Both the position numbers and the translations under genes were made by a program. 64,000 nucleotides of DNA, taken from positions 385,014 through 449,013 of the forward strand of contig JADJBV010000001.1 of NCBI GenBank assembly GCA_016703535.1, written 5' to 3'. Origin of the DNA: Deltaproteobacteria bacterium. Lineage in GTDB: Bacteria > Myxococcota > Kuafuiibacteriia > Kuafuiibacteriales > Kuafuiibacteriaceae. Positions 9,943-18,623 of this stretch are shown piece by piece (positions within the stretch are counted from its first letter, which is position 1; each line of letters starts with the position of its first letter). The notes below the pieces were generated by a model. It saw only the letters and a list, made by a program, of their open reading frames with translations, was not told where the DNA came from and ran no database searches.

Positions 9943-10818
9943 GTGGACGCAGTGAAGCGCAACGCACAGTACCTGCTCCGCCTCGTCGACGGGCTGGCCC
10001 AGCCGATCAGCGCGCCTGAAGCCCAGGCGGTGGAGCGCACCGTCCGCAGCCTGAAGCACCCCGAGCTCCTCGACCTCGGCGCCATCGAGGGTTTGGGCCT
10101 TGCCCCCAAGCTGGAGGCGGCCCTGGTGTTCCAGCTCCTCTCGCGCCGCTACCCGGACCAGGTGAAGGCGGCGGTGTACTCGGCCCACACGCTGTCGGGC
10201 GTCTTCTTGGCGGTGCTCGGCGCGAAGCCGGAGGCCGACCCAAAACGCGCGGTAGGCCAGGCGCCCGAGTTCGTTACGCGCTTCGTCGATCAGCTCCACG
10301 CGCTGCGGCCGGAGAGCGACGGGACCGGCACCAGCCTCGGGGCGGTCCGGGGCGCCAAACTCGTCTCCCACGACTTGGCCCAAGGTGTCGTTCGGCTGAA
10401 GCTCGAAGGCTCGGGTGGTGAGCCGGACCGGGACCTGAGCCTCCACCGTCGGGACGACGGTGCCTTCGACTACCAGGTCGCCGGCGGCAAGCGGCAGCGG
10501 GTGGAGACGCTGGACCTGCCGGGGCTCCGCGTCCTCCACCAGGCGCTCCACGCGGCGACGGCCGGCGGCGCTCAGGACCCGATGTTGGCCTTGCTCCGGC
10601 GCAAGACGGAGGCGGACCGCGCCGCTGTCCTCAAGGAGGCAGCCGAACACCTGGGGGACCTGGTCACCCAGAAGGCCGAGCGCCGAACCAAGGAGCTTGA
10701 GCAGCTCCGTGGGGCGTTGGAGGTCGGCTTCGCCGATTTCCGGGTCGGCTTTTTCGACAAAGACAGGATCGACGCGCTGGCCAAGGAGCTGTTCGCCGCG
10801 CCCGGGAAGAAGGACTGA
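9943..10818 (+). CDS. Hypothetical 291-aa protein whose N-terminal domain is paralogous to that of the gene at 17202-18479.
   Basis: A GGAG Shine-Dalgarno lies 6 nt upstream of the GTG start. The stretch GLGLAPKLEAALVFQLLSRRYPDQV matches GLGLSAGLRANLIFAWLNHRYPDQI in the downstream gene. Confidence 0.6.
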   Translation: MDAVKRNAQYLLRLVDGLAQPISAPEAQAVERTVRSLKHPELLDLGAIEGLGLAPKLEAALVFQLLSRRYPDQVKAAVYSAHTLSGVFLAVLGAKPEADPKRAVGQAPEFVTRFVDQLHALRPESDGTGTSLGAVRGAKLVSHDLAQGVVRLKLEGSGGEPDRDLSLHRRDDGAFDYQVAGGKRQRVETLDLPGLRVLHQALHAATAGGAQDPMLALLRRKTEADRAAVLKEAAEHLGDLVTQKAERRTKELEQLRGALEVGFADFRVGFFDKDRIDALAKELFAAPGKKD

Positions 10819-10821
10819 GCC

Positions 10822-13263
10822 ATGCCTTTTACGCCAATCGACAAGAACATCGGTTTTTCGGCCCTGTGGGCCCAAGGCAACGACGAGCAGCTCGGCGTGG
10901 TCGAGGCGTTTGGCCGCAGGCCGATGACCGAGACGGCGTTGATGGAGTTCGCCCTCGACAACCCGGGGCTCGCCGCGACCTTAAAAGAGATGGTCCAGGT
11001 GCTGCGCCAGGGCGGGCCGGCCAAGGGCAGCGTCAACGACTTCCGGGCCAACCTTAGCCGCTCCGAGCGGGTGGGGCGGACCCGGGCGAACGCTCAGCCG
11101 GTTGACGTCGAAGCGATCATGCAGGTGATCGATCGGAACATCATCGGGCAGGCCCACGTGCGAGACGCGGTGCGGGTGATGCTGGAGGCCTGGCCGGATC
11201 AACCGGAGAAGGCCCTGCCGTACGTGATGGGTATGGCCGGACCGCCGGGCGTCGGCAAAACCGAGCTCTTCCGGGCCTTGTCCTTGGCCATCTACGGCGA
11301 CCCGGAGGCGGTGGCGATCATCGACTGCAGCAAGATCTCCAAGAAGCACGAGATCGCCGCGGTATTTGGGGCCGCGCCGGGCCTCAAGGGCACTCTCGAG
11401 GAGGGTGAGGTTCCGCCCATGTGGCGGCCGCTCTTCGAGAAACAGGTGAACGGCCGGCCGAAGCTCGTCCTATTCGATGAGCTCGACAAGGTCGGCGCGG
11501 GCGAAGACTCGGCCGAGGCGCGGCAGGAGGCGGTCACCGCCTTCTCGATGACCCTGGGCCGCTTCCTCGAGGACGGCGTGCTCGGTTTCGGCAACGGGGT
11601 CTCCATCCCGCTCAAGGACTGTGTGATTGGCTTCGCCTCGAACGCAGGATCGGCGACGCGTGGGAACAAGGAAGGCGAAGGACTGCGGCAGCACTTCGTC
11701 GATGCCTTCAACGCCATCGTGCCCCCGCACATCTTCGACCGGCTCGACACGACTTTGTCTTTCGATCCACACACCCCCGAGACCCTCGCGATGGTCGCGA
11801 AGAAGATCATCGACAAGACCGTTGCCGAAGAACTCAAAGAGGTGCGCCGGGAGTACGGGATCGACGCCCAGATGCTCTTCCAACCCCCGGGCGCTTCGCA
11901 GGCGGACGGGAGCCGGAAGGAGGGCCCCGGCGAGGTGCTGACCTTCCTCGGTGAAATCGGCTATCACCCGGAACGTGGCGCACGTGGCCTCGACAAGTTG
12001 ATCAAGTCTCTGGTCAAGCCGATGATTCGAAAGGCGGCGGCGGAGATCGAAGACGGCGAAAGGGTGCTCTTCGAGTTGCGGGACAAGATCCTCCAAGCCG
12101 ACGGGACCTTCCGCGCCGGCGGCCCCCTCGACGAGGTGAAAAAGGCCCAGCTCAAGGCCCAGTTTTTCGAAGCCAAGGCTTCCATCCCGAAGGGCGTGAA
12201 CCAGGCTTCCTTCCCCCTATCCTTTCGGGTGCTCAACCCGAAGCCCGGCTTCTTCGAGTATCAAGGCGCCGCCCAAATTCCGCACGATACGAACTTTCCG
12301 CTGCTCGTCTACGGCTCAGGGGCGGTCAACGGCCGCGGCTTCATGGTCTCCCAGCCCCACCTCGACGCACCGGCGGCGCTCCACTTCTTGCGACCGGGCC
12401 TCTTCGAGCATGAAGACCGGGTCGACTCGGTGCGGCTGCCGGAACACTTGGAGAAGGCCGAGCACGACCTCAAGGCGGTGGCCCTCGACGATCGCCAGGT
12501 GATGATCTACGGCGTCGGCACCGCCAAGGGGGGGGCAATGGCCGAGGCGCTGGCCGCGATCTACGACACCAAGACCAAGAAGTGGAGGGACGCCGCTCCG
12601 CCGGATCTGCCGCTGGTCGGCGCGTCCTTGGTCGCCGGAAATGGCAAGGCGCTCCTCTTCGGCGGCCGGGTTCAGGAGAAGAGCGCGGATGGTTCCTGGG
12701 CGGTCGACGACGACCCGCTGCGGATGCGGGGACAGCCGATCGAGAACCAGGCCTATGTCTACGACTCGAAGAAGGACGAGTGGCGTTGGGTCCAGGGCCC
12801 TGAGGATGGCCTGGTCGGATCCGCGACCGTGTTCCAGCAGGGGAAGGGGTACATCATCGGCGGCGAGGAGACTTTCCGTCGGGAGAACTCCCAGATCGAC
12901 AGCTCTCGGGCCTCCCGGCGGGTCCTGGTCTTCGACTTCGAGACCGAGACCTTCGCCGCCGGCCCTCGGCTGCCGGCCAAGTTCGAGCAGGGCCTCGCTT
13001 TCGGGACCGCCTTCGCCGACGCCAACGGAGGCATCTCGGTGGTCGGCGGAGGCGTGTACCTCGACGGCGGGAGAAAGTTGGAGCCCACCCAAAGCTACTA
13101 CCGGCTCTCGGGTGGTGCCTGGCGGAGCGGAGATATGCCCCAGCCCGGTCTCTGCTTGAGTGCGCTGCCGCAGGCCGAGTCGTCCTGGGTGATCGGGCCT
13201 TTCCGCCGGGACGCCAACACCTTCGGCTTCGACATTCTCCGCCCGCGGACCACGGAGGATTGA
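10822..13263 (+). CDS. ClpA/ClpB-D2-type AAA+ ATPase of 813 aa with a single AAA module and a C-terminal Kelch-like beta-propeller.
   Basis: Walker A is GPPGVGKTE and Walker B is LVLFDELDK. IIDCSKISKKHEIAAVFGAAPGLKGTLEEGE corresponds to ClpB-D2 [30 protein letters not shown]. The sensor-2 motif is GARGLDKLIK, matching GARPLKRAIQ. The C-terminus carries repeated GG...W/Y..YD blades at about 12290-13260. Confidence 0.85.
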   Translation: MPFTPIDKNIGFSALWAQGNDEQLGVVEAFGRRPMTETALMEFALDNPGLAATLKEMVQVLRQGGPAKGSVNDFRANLSRSERVGRTRANAQPVDVEAIMQVIDRNIIGQAHVRDAVRVMLEAWPDQPEKALPYVMGMAGPPGVGKTELFRALSLAIYGDPEAVAIIDCSKISKKHEIAAVFGAAPGLKGTLEEGEVPPMWRPLFEKQVNGRPKLVLFDELDKVGAGEDSAEARQEAVTAFSMTLGRFLEDGVLGFGNGVSIPLKDCVIGFASNAGSATRGNKEGEGLRQHFVDAFNAIVPPHIFDRLDTTLSFDPHTPETLAMVAKKIIDKTVAEELKEVRREYGIDAQMLFQPPGASQADGSRKEGPGEVLTFLGEIGYHPERGARGLDKLIKSLVKPMIRKAAAEIEDGERVLFELRDKILQADGTFRAGGPLDEVKKAQLKAQFFEAKASIPKGVNQASFPLSFRVLNPKPGFFEYQGAAQIPHDTNFPLLVYGSGAVNGRGFMVSQPHLDAPAALHFLRPGLFEHEDRVDSVRLPEHLEKAEHDLKAVALDDRQVMIYGVGTAKGGAMAEALAAIYDTKTKKWRDAAPPDLPLVGASLVAGNGKALLFGGRVQEKSADGSWAVDDDPLRMRGQPIENQAYVYDSKKDEWRWVQGPEDGLVGSATVFQQGKGYIIGGEETFRRENSQIDSSRASRRVLVFDFETETFAAGPRLPAKFEQGLAFGTAFADANGGISVVGGGVYLDGGRKLEPTQSYYRLSGGAWRSGDMPQPGLCLSALPQAESSWVIGPFRRDANTFGFDILRPRTTED

Positions 13264-13266
13264 CCG

Positions 13267-15975
13267 ATGGCCCGCCCCACCATTGCCACCGCGCCCGCGA
13301 CCATCAAGCCGTCGCGCTTCGGCCTCGCGCCGGAGCACGAGGCTTGGCTCAAGCAGGAGTTCGGCGAGCAACCGTCCATCCATGACCTCGACCGGGTCGA
13401 GCGGGCCGGCGGCCTGACCGCCACCCAGAAGCGCATCCTCGACGCCGTGCGCCGATCGGTGGTGGGCAACCTGCGGGCAACCGCGGGGGTGGCCTTCAAC
13501 AAGGACGGAAAGGTCGAGCCCGGGACTCAGCGGATCTGGACTCTCCGCACGGCCAAAGTGCCGACGGGCCACCTCTCGAAGGCCGCCGCCTTCGAGGCCG
13601 AGATGAAGCCGTTCCTGATCGGCCAGGTTGGGGCGCTCAAAGACTTCAAGCGTTTCCTCGACGCCTACAACCCCCTCGTCAAGAACACGCCGCCGATGAT
13701 GGTCATCGGCGGGGAGGAGGGCCACGGGAAGTCCGAGGCCTTGGATGGGTTGGCCAAAGCGCTCTTCGGCGAAGCGGCCACGGTGTTCACCGTCGACCTC
13801 AGCAAGGTCACCGACGACATGCACGACGCGCTCTTTTCGGCCGGCGGCAAAAAGGGCGATCTTTCGGTCCCCCGTCTGATGGAGATCGAAGACAACAAGT
13901 TGGGGATCGTCCACCTCACCGGGCTTGACCAGTTGAAGGCGCGGGCGCCCCAGATCGCCGACACCCTGCTCAATCGCTTGGGCTGCCGCGCCGACGACAA
14001 GGACCACGCCTGGGTCCCCTTCGTGCTCGACTTCGACAGCGCACCCGACACCAAGCTGGCCCCGATCCTCGAGGATGCCTTGGGCAAGGCGGCGGTCCTT
14101 TTGCGCAAGGCCCAAAGCTCCTTTCAGTATCTCGACGCGGACGCGATGGCCGAGTACCTGGAGATCGCCTTGCCCCAGCTCCTGCAGCGGCCAGGGCTGG
14201 GCCAACTCCACCTTGAGTGGGACGACGAGGCCAAGGCGGCCTTCGCCGAGGTCCTCGCCACCCGCTTGACGCCCATCGATCAATTGCAGCCCCGCCTGGA
14301 GAACCTGATCCTGGGGCCGGTCAGCGCCGAGATGGTCCCGGCCGACGCGTTGCTGCGGGTCCACCTCCTCGCGGAATACGCCGATCACCCGGACAAGCTC
14401 GCGGCGGCAATCAAGGAGCTGCAGGACCCGGCGCTGGACCTCCTCGAGGCGCCCCAGATCTTCACGGTCACCGAGGAGGGGCGGGTTGCGGATCCGGCCT
14501 TGGTGGAGGGACTGATCGAGAACTCGGAACAAGTGCTCGAAGCGCTGCTGCAGTGCTCCCAGCACCATGACCTGGAGGTCCGGCGGCTGTTCCCCGAGTA
14601 CGATCGGCTGGAGCGGCTGGACCAAGTGATGGGCGAGATGGCCACGGCGCTTCGCACGCGGGCTAGGCAGAAGGGCAAGCTGATCTTCGAGCCCGCGCCG
14701 CACGAGCGGCTGGGCGGGTTGGTCGCTGAATGCGAGAAGCTGGTCGCTCAGTTGGGCCGAATGACGGCGGAGCGGCAAGCGCAGCTCGATGTGTCGATGC
14801 CCGCCCACGTGGTGGTGGCCCTCCAGAGTGTCCTCGAAGGGGTGCGGCTCATCGCACAAGCCTCCGACCTGTTGCGCGGTGAAGCGCCGACGCCAGACGG
14901 CACGCGGGCCCACGCGGCGCAGCTGAACCGGGCCATCGAAGCCCTGACCAACGCCCGCGGGCTATTGCCGATCGGCAACCTGGGCAAAAACCGGATCACT
15001 CATCAGCTGCAGGCGCTGGCCGCGAAGTGGATCGAGGCGGTTGCGGTGGCGCGTCGGTCCCAGCAAGAGGGCATGTTCCCGCTGGTACTGGAGACCGACG
15101 CTCAGGATCTGATCGATGAGGCCCGAAAGCTCCGCGGCCAACTCCCGGTCAAGCCTTTGGCTAAGGGTGAGCGAGAGACCAACGTCCGGCGTTTGTTCGA
15201 GTCCAGTCCCGAGGCCAAGAAGGAGCTGAAGGACCTCGATCGTCTCGTCAAGATGACCATCGAAGTCGCCGAAAACCTGGGGGGCCTGTCGGACGCTCAG
15301 CGCAAGACGGTGGCAGACCTAGCCAAGGAGGAGAGCGCGGACTCGTTGTCCGCTCGTCGCAAGATCGCCAAGGAGCTGATCACCTGCGAAAACGGCGCGA
15401 CCGATGTCGACGAACGTCTGGTCAGGGCCGAGTTGATCAAGCTACCGAAGGCGGCGCTCGAGCGGCTCAAGAAGACCGAGGTGAAGGTCTACGTCGTGCG
15501 GGGCAAGATCACCGACTTCTTGAAGCAGCTCCCCAAGGGCGCCCGTCCGCCCGGGTACCCCGAAGGCAAGACCTTCGACGATGTGCCGGCGATCTTCGTG
15601 CCGAAGGAGGCTGAGGGCAATGACAAGGGGGACATCGTCGTCATCGTCACCAAGGAGGTGAATGGGAACGTGATCCTGCCCGGCCTCGACGTAAAGCGCG
15701 GCTACAACCAGGTCATCCACGAGTGCCTCCACGGCTTGGATGTGCAGAACTACTACAGCACGAAGGAGGAGTTCGTCTCGGCGAGAGAGGCGGAGCTGGG
15801 CGTCCTCAGCCAGTACGAGAAGCAGGCCAAGGAAGGGAACTTCGATCGGGGGGCCGCTGAGACCTGGGCCATCACCGGCGAGCGCCTCTATGGCGGCGAC
15901 GAGAGCGTTCGCAAGGAACGTCCGCTCCTCGTCAAGGTCGTCGAGGACGCCTTCGGGACAGGGGCGTTCGCATGA
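13267..15975 (+). CDS. Divergent ClpB-D2-like AAA+ module of 902 aa with a C-terminal zincin-type HExxH metallopeptidase-like domain.
   Basis: Walker A is GGEEGHGKSE. Walker B is the atypical IVHLTGLDQ, with DQ in place of DE. A long helical middle region follows. The C-terminal HECLH motif at 15718-15732 is preceded by the hydrophobic beta-strand stretch VILPGLDVKRGYNQVI, as is typical of zincins. Confidence 0.7.
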   Translation: MARPTIATAPATIKPSRFGLAPEHEAWLKQEFGEQPSIHDLDRVERAGGLTATQKRILDAVRRSVVGNLRATAGVAFNKDGKVEPGTQRIWTLRTAKVPTGHLSKAAAFEAEMKPFLIGQVGALKDFKRFLDAYNPLVKNTPPMMVIGGEEGHGKSEALDGLAKALFGEAATVFTVDLSKVTDDMHDALFSAGGKKGDLSVPRLMEIEDNKLGIVHLTGLDQLKARAPQIADTLLNRLGCRADDKDHAWVPFVLDFDSAPDTKLAPILEDALGKAAVLLRKAQSSFQYLDADAMAEYLEIALPQLLQRPGLGQLHLEWDDEAKAAFAEVLATRLTPIDQLQPRLENLILGPVSAEMVPADALLRVHLLAEYADHPDKLAAAIKELQDPALDLLEAPQIFTVTEEGRVADPALVEGLIENSEQVLEALLQCSQHHDLEVRRLFPEYDRLERLDQVMGEMATALRTRARQKGKLIFEPAPHERLGGLVAECEKLVAQLGRMTAERQAQLDVSMPAHVVVALQSVLEGVRLIAQASDLLRGEAPTPDGTRAHAAQLNRAIEALTNARGLLPIGNLGKNRITHQLQALAAKWIEAVAVARRSQQEGMFPLVLETDAQDLIDEARKLRGQLPVKPLAKGERETNVRRLFESSPEAKKELKDLDRLVKMTIEVAENLGGLSDAQRKTVADLAKEESADSLSARRKIAKELITCENGATDVDERLVRAELIKLPKAALERLKKTEVKVYVVRGKITDFLKQLPKGARPPGYPEGKTFDDVPAIFVPKEAEGNDKGDIVVIVTKEVNGNVILPGLDVKRGYNQVIHECLHGLDVQNYYSTKEEFVSAREAELGVLSQYEKQAKEGNFDRGAAETWAITGERLYGGDESVRKERPLLVKVVEDAFGTGAFA

Positions 15976-16199
15976 GCCAGCCCAAGTTCATCGGCATCGC
16001 CGAGATGGATGAGCGGGGTGTCTTGGACCTCCGCCTCTCGGCGGCCTCGCCCTACGGCTTTGGAGGTTCCCACTTCACCTACTTCCCCGACGATCCCGAA
16101 TACGACGCGGTCATCCGGCACCTCGGCGGGATGCGCCCGGGCGAGACCAAGTCGGTCCCGCCTTGGCCCGAGGGCTCCTCGATGGGGGGTGCTTCATGA
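15972..16199 (+). CDS. Small hypothetical 75-aa protein.
   Basis: It is coupled on both sides by ATGA overlaps, at 15972 upstream and 16196 downstream. Confidence 0.45.
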   Translation: MSQPKFIGIAEMDERGVLDLRLSAASPYGFGGSHFTYFPDDPEYDAVIRHLGGMRPGETKSVPPWPEGSSMGGAS

Positions 16200-17200
16200 G
16201 CAACGGCAACCGGCCCCTCGGTGGCTACGATCCGAACAAGGCCGTCGATCGGCAAGCGGGGGCGACGGCCTTCCAGCCCAAGGTGAAGCCGGGCGCCGAA
16301 ACCCAGGCCAAGGTCGAGGGCGGGGGCGTGGAGCCGAAGCTCGCGCCCCGCACCATGGCCCTCCCACGGATCTCCGCCAAGGAGCGGCCGGTTGAGGCCG
16401 GCTATGAAGAGCACCTCGAGCGGCTAGAGGAGGCCATCGAGCAGCAGACCGCGGCGATCGTCGAGCATGTGGCCGAGATCGCCGCCGAAAAGGGCCTCGA
16501 TCCCAGCGACGTGACCCTGGTCTGGTCCTTGGACATCACCGGGAGACAGGACGTGGTCTGCTCCTTCTGCGGCCGCCCGAGCTGCACGTTCCGGCCGGTC
16601 CAGTACCGCACCCGCAACCCGGAGGTTGATCTCCTTGGGGACTCGATCATCGTGTTCCAGGAGGCCGCCGCGCGGGCGGGCGTGAAGTACGGGATCATCG
16701 TGTACGACGAGGAGGTCTTGGTGCTGAGGGACCCGGCCACCGCGGGCGACCAGGCGGAGCGGGCCGACACCCTCACGCGCTACACCCAGTTCCGGGATCG
16801 GCACGACTACCCGGATCCCAATAGCCAAAGTTGGCTGCAGCAAGCCTTGGCCAAATGGAACCCCGCCGACGCCGCGCGGCGCGTGTCCGGAGATCCGGCC
16901 GACGGTCGAATGTTCGAGGCGGCCTTCAAGATCTTCCAGCAGGTCGGCGGCGCCTTCAAGTCGATGGTGGTAGCCAAGTCGGTCGAACCGCGAGGCGGGA
17001 TCAGGGGCTTCGAGGTCCGGGCCAAGCAGGCGGGGATCCAGATGACCGGCCTCGCGGTCGGCGATCGCGCAGAGGCGGTGGCCCGGCGGTTCCTGGACCG
17101 AACGTTGATCGCCCAGGACGCCCACCAACTCCGGGATAGAGTGGGCGACGGGGTCAATACGTCCCTCCAGGCGATCAAGGACCTCCCGGCGAAGGGCTGA
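16196..17200 (+). CDS. Hypothetical 334-aa protein.
   Basis: Its ATG overlaps the upstream stop. It contains a CSFCGRPSC Cys cluster. The track ORF at 16163 is an over-extension of this gene. Confidence 0.55.
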   Translation: MSNGNRPLGGYDPNKAVDRQAGATAFQPKVKPGAETQAKVEGGGVEPKLAPRTMALPRISAKERPVEAGYEEHLERLEEAIEQQTAAIVEHVAEIAAEKGLDPSDVTLVWSLDITGRQDVVCSFCGRPSCTFRPVQYRTRNPEVDLLGDSIIVFQEAAARAGVKYGIIVYDEEVLVLRDPATAGDQAERADTLTRYTQFRDRHDYPDPNSQSWLQQALAKWNPADAARRVSGDPADGRMFEAAFKIFQQVGGAFKSMVVAKSVEPRGGIRGFEVRAKQAGIQMTGLAVGDRAEAVARRFLDRTLIAQDAHQLRDRVGDGVNTSLQAIKDLPAKG

Positions 17201-17201
17201 T

Positions 17202-18479
17202 ATGGTCAAGCGAGTTGAAGGAGCCGCCGACTTCTATCGAGGGTTGGCCAAAAGTCTGGACGGGGCTCGGGTCGATCCGGCCAAGCTGGGTGAGATCCAG
17301 GACGTCGTCGAGAGCCTCTCGCCCGAGGCGCCGCTCACCCTGCAGATCATCGATGGCCTCGGGCTCTCGGCGGGGCTGCGGGCCAACCTGATCTTCGCTT
17401 GGCTGAACCACCGCTATCCCGACCAGATCGAGGAGCAACTGCCGGTGGCCCAGTCGATCGCTGGGGTCCTCCGAGCTTTGGTCGATGGGGGTCAGCCCCC
17501 CGCGTTCTTGCAGGAGTTCTACGTGCGCCTCACCCATACGCCAGCGTATGGCGGCGCCGCGGAGATCCACGCCTTGGCAGACCTACTTGAGAAGGGGCAG
17601 CCGCGTTACGTCGGCGAGCGCGACGGGCGCGTGGTCTTTCAGGCCAGCGTCGGCGCTGACCTTCGGGCCCACTTTCCGGACCAGCTTCGGGAGCAAGAGG
17701 TCACCTTGGTCGCCTCCCCAGACGGCGGTGGTGGGTTCCAGCTGAGGCCGGAGGGCGGGAAGTCCTTGGCGGCGCTCAAGGGGGAGCCAGCCCAGCTGGG
17801 TGAACTCCCGCCGGGGGCGCTCGCGGGCTTGGTGGCGGCGCTGAAAGCGGGCGCGCAGCGGGGTGGTCTCGCCCAAGTGGGGAAGGCGCTCCGAACCGAA
17901 CTCGGGCGGGCCGCGGAGGGCTATGAGGCGCCGGTCCACCCGGTGGAGGCGAGGTTGGACCAGTTGCTGCGGCTGACCCTCGGCAACCAGCGGGTGGGCG
18001 AGACCCGATTGGAGAGCCTGAACCAGCTGATCGAGCAGTCCCTTGCCGCGGCGGAGCTGGCGATGCAGTCGCCGGGGGCGGTGCAGGTGCTGCTCAGCGC
18101 GGCCAAAAGCGTCGAGGCTCTGGAGGTACCGGAGGACGGCTACCAGGCCTCGGGCTTGTCGCTTCCCAAGCTCAAAGAGCGGCCGGCCCCGGCGAACAAG
18201 GCGTCGGCGAAGGCCTCCACGCCCGAACCCGAGGAGGCGCCCAAGGCCTCCGCCGATCCGCTGAAGCCCACCGACCCATCGCCCGATCCGACGTCCCCCA
18301 GCGGGAACCAGGGCGGCGATGCGGACATCGGGGGAGGCGGGGGCTGGGCCAACGCGACAGGCAACCCCAGGATGATCACTCGGCGGCCCCGGGGCCGGTC
18401 GGTGACGCTCCCGGACGACCTCGACTTGGCGGCGCTGAAAGCCTTGGTGGCATTGCTCCGGCGACATCCACGGGCCTGA
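17202..18479 (+). CDS. Hypothetical 425-aa protein with an N-terminal domain paralogous to the gene at 9943-10818 and a Pro/Gly-rich low-complexity C-terminus.
   Basis: Its ATG lies 1 nt after the upstream stop. The paralogy is visible in the GLGLS...RYPDQ motif. It is the last gene of the operon. Confidence 0.6.
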   Translation: MVKRVEGAADFYRGLAKSLDGARVDPAKLGEIQDVVESLSPEAPLTLQIIDGLGLSAGLRANLIFAWLNHRYPDQIEEQLPVAQSIAGVLRALVDGGQPPAFLQEFYVRLTHTPAYGGAAEIHALADLLEKGQPRYVGERDGRVVFQASVGADLRAHFPDQLREQEVTLVASPDGGGGFQLRPEGGKSLAALKGEPAQLGELPPGALAGLVAALKAGAQRGGLAQVGKALRTELGRAAEGYEAPVHPVEARLDQLLRLTLGNQRVGETRLESLNQLIEQSLAAAELAMQSPGAVQVLLSAAKSVEALEVPEDGYQASGLSLPKLKERPAPANKASAKASTPEPEEAPKASADPLKPTDPSPDPTSPSGNQGGDADIGGGGGWANATGNPRMITRRPRGRSVTLPDDLDLAALKALVALLRRHPRA

Positions 18480-18485
18480 TTTCTC

Positions 18486-18516
18486 TTGACCTCTGAGCCG
18501 GCTCAGCCCAGATATT
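18486..18516 (+). promoter_or_regulatory. Candidate sigma70-like promoter for tRNA-Met, with -35 TTGACC and -10 GATATT, containing the palindrome CTGAGCCGGCTCAG at 18492-18505.
   Basis: The hexamer TTGACC is at 18486-18491 and GATATT at 18511-18516, about 19 nt apart. A perfect 14-bp palindrome sits in the spacer. Confidence 0.35.
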
Positions 18517-18549
18517 CGCGTCTCCGCGCCGCGGAGTGGTTCTGACCTA

Positions 18550-18623
18550 GGTGGGGTAGCTCAGGTGGTTAGAGCGAGGGTCTCATAAGCCCTAGGTCGG
18601 GGGTTCAAGTCCCCCCCCCACCA
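18550..18623 (+). tRNA. tRNA-Met with anticodon CAT (elongator type; an Ile2/lysidine tRNA cannot be excluded).
   Basis: The cloverleaf was folded by hand. The acceptor stem is GGTGGGG/CCCCACC, the D-stem GCTC/GAGC, the anticodon stem AGGGT/GCCCT with loop CTCATAA, and the T-arm GGGGG-TTCAAGT-CCCCC. The discriminator is A, no CCA is encoded, and the length is 74 nt. Confidence 0.9.
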
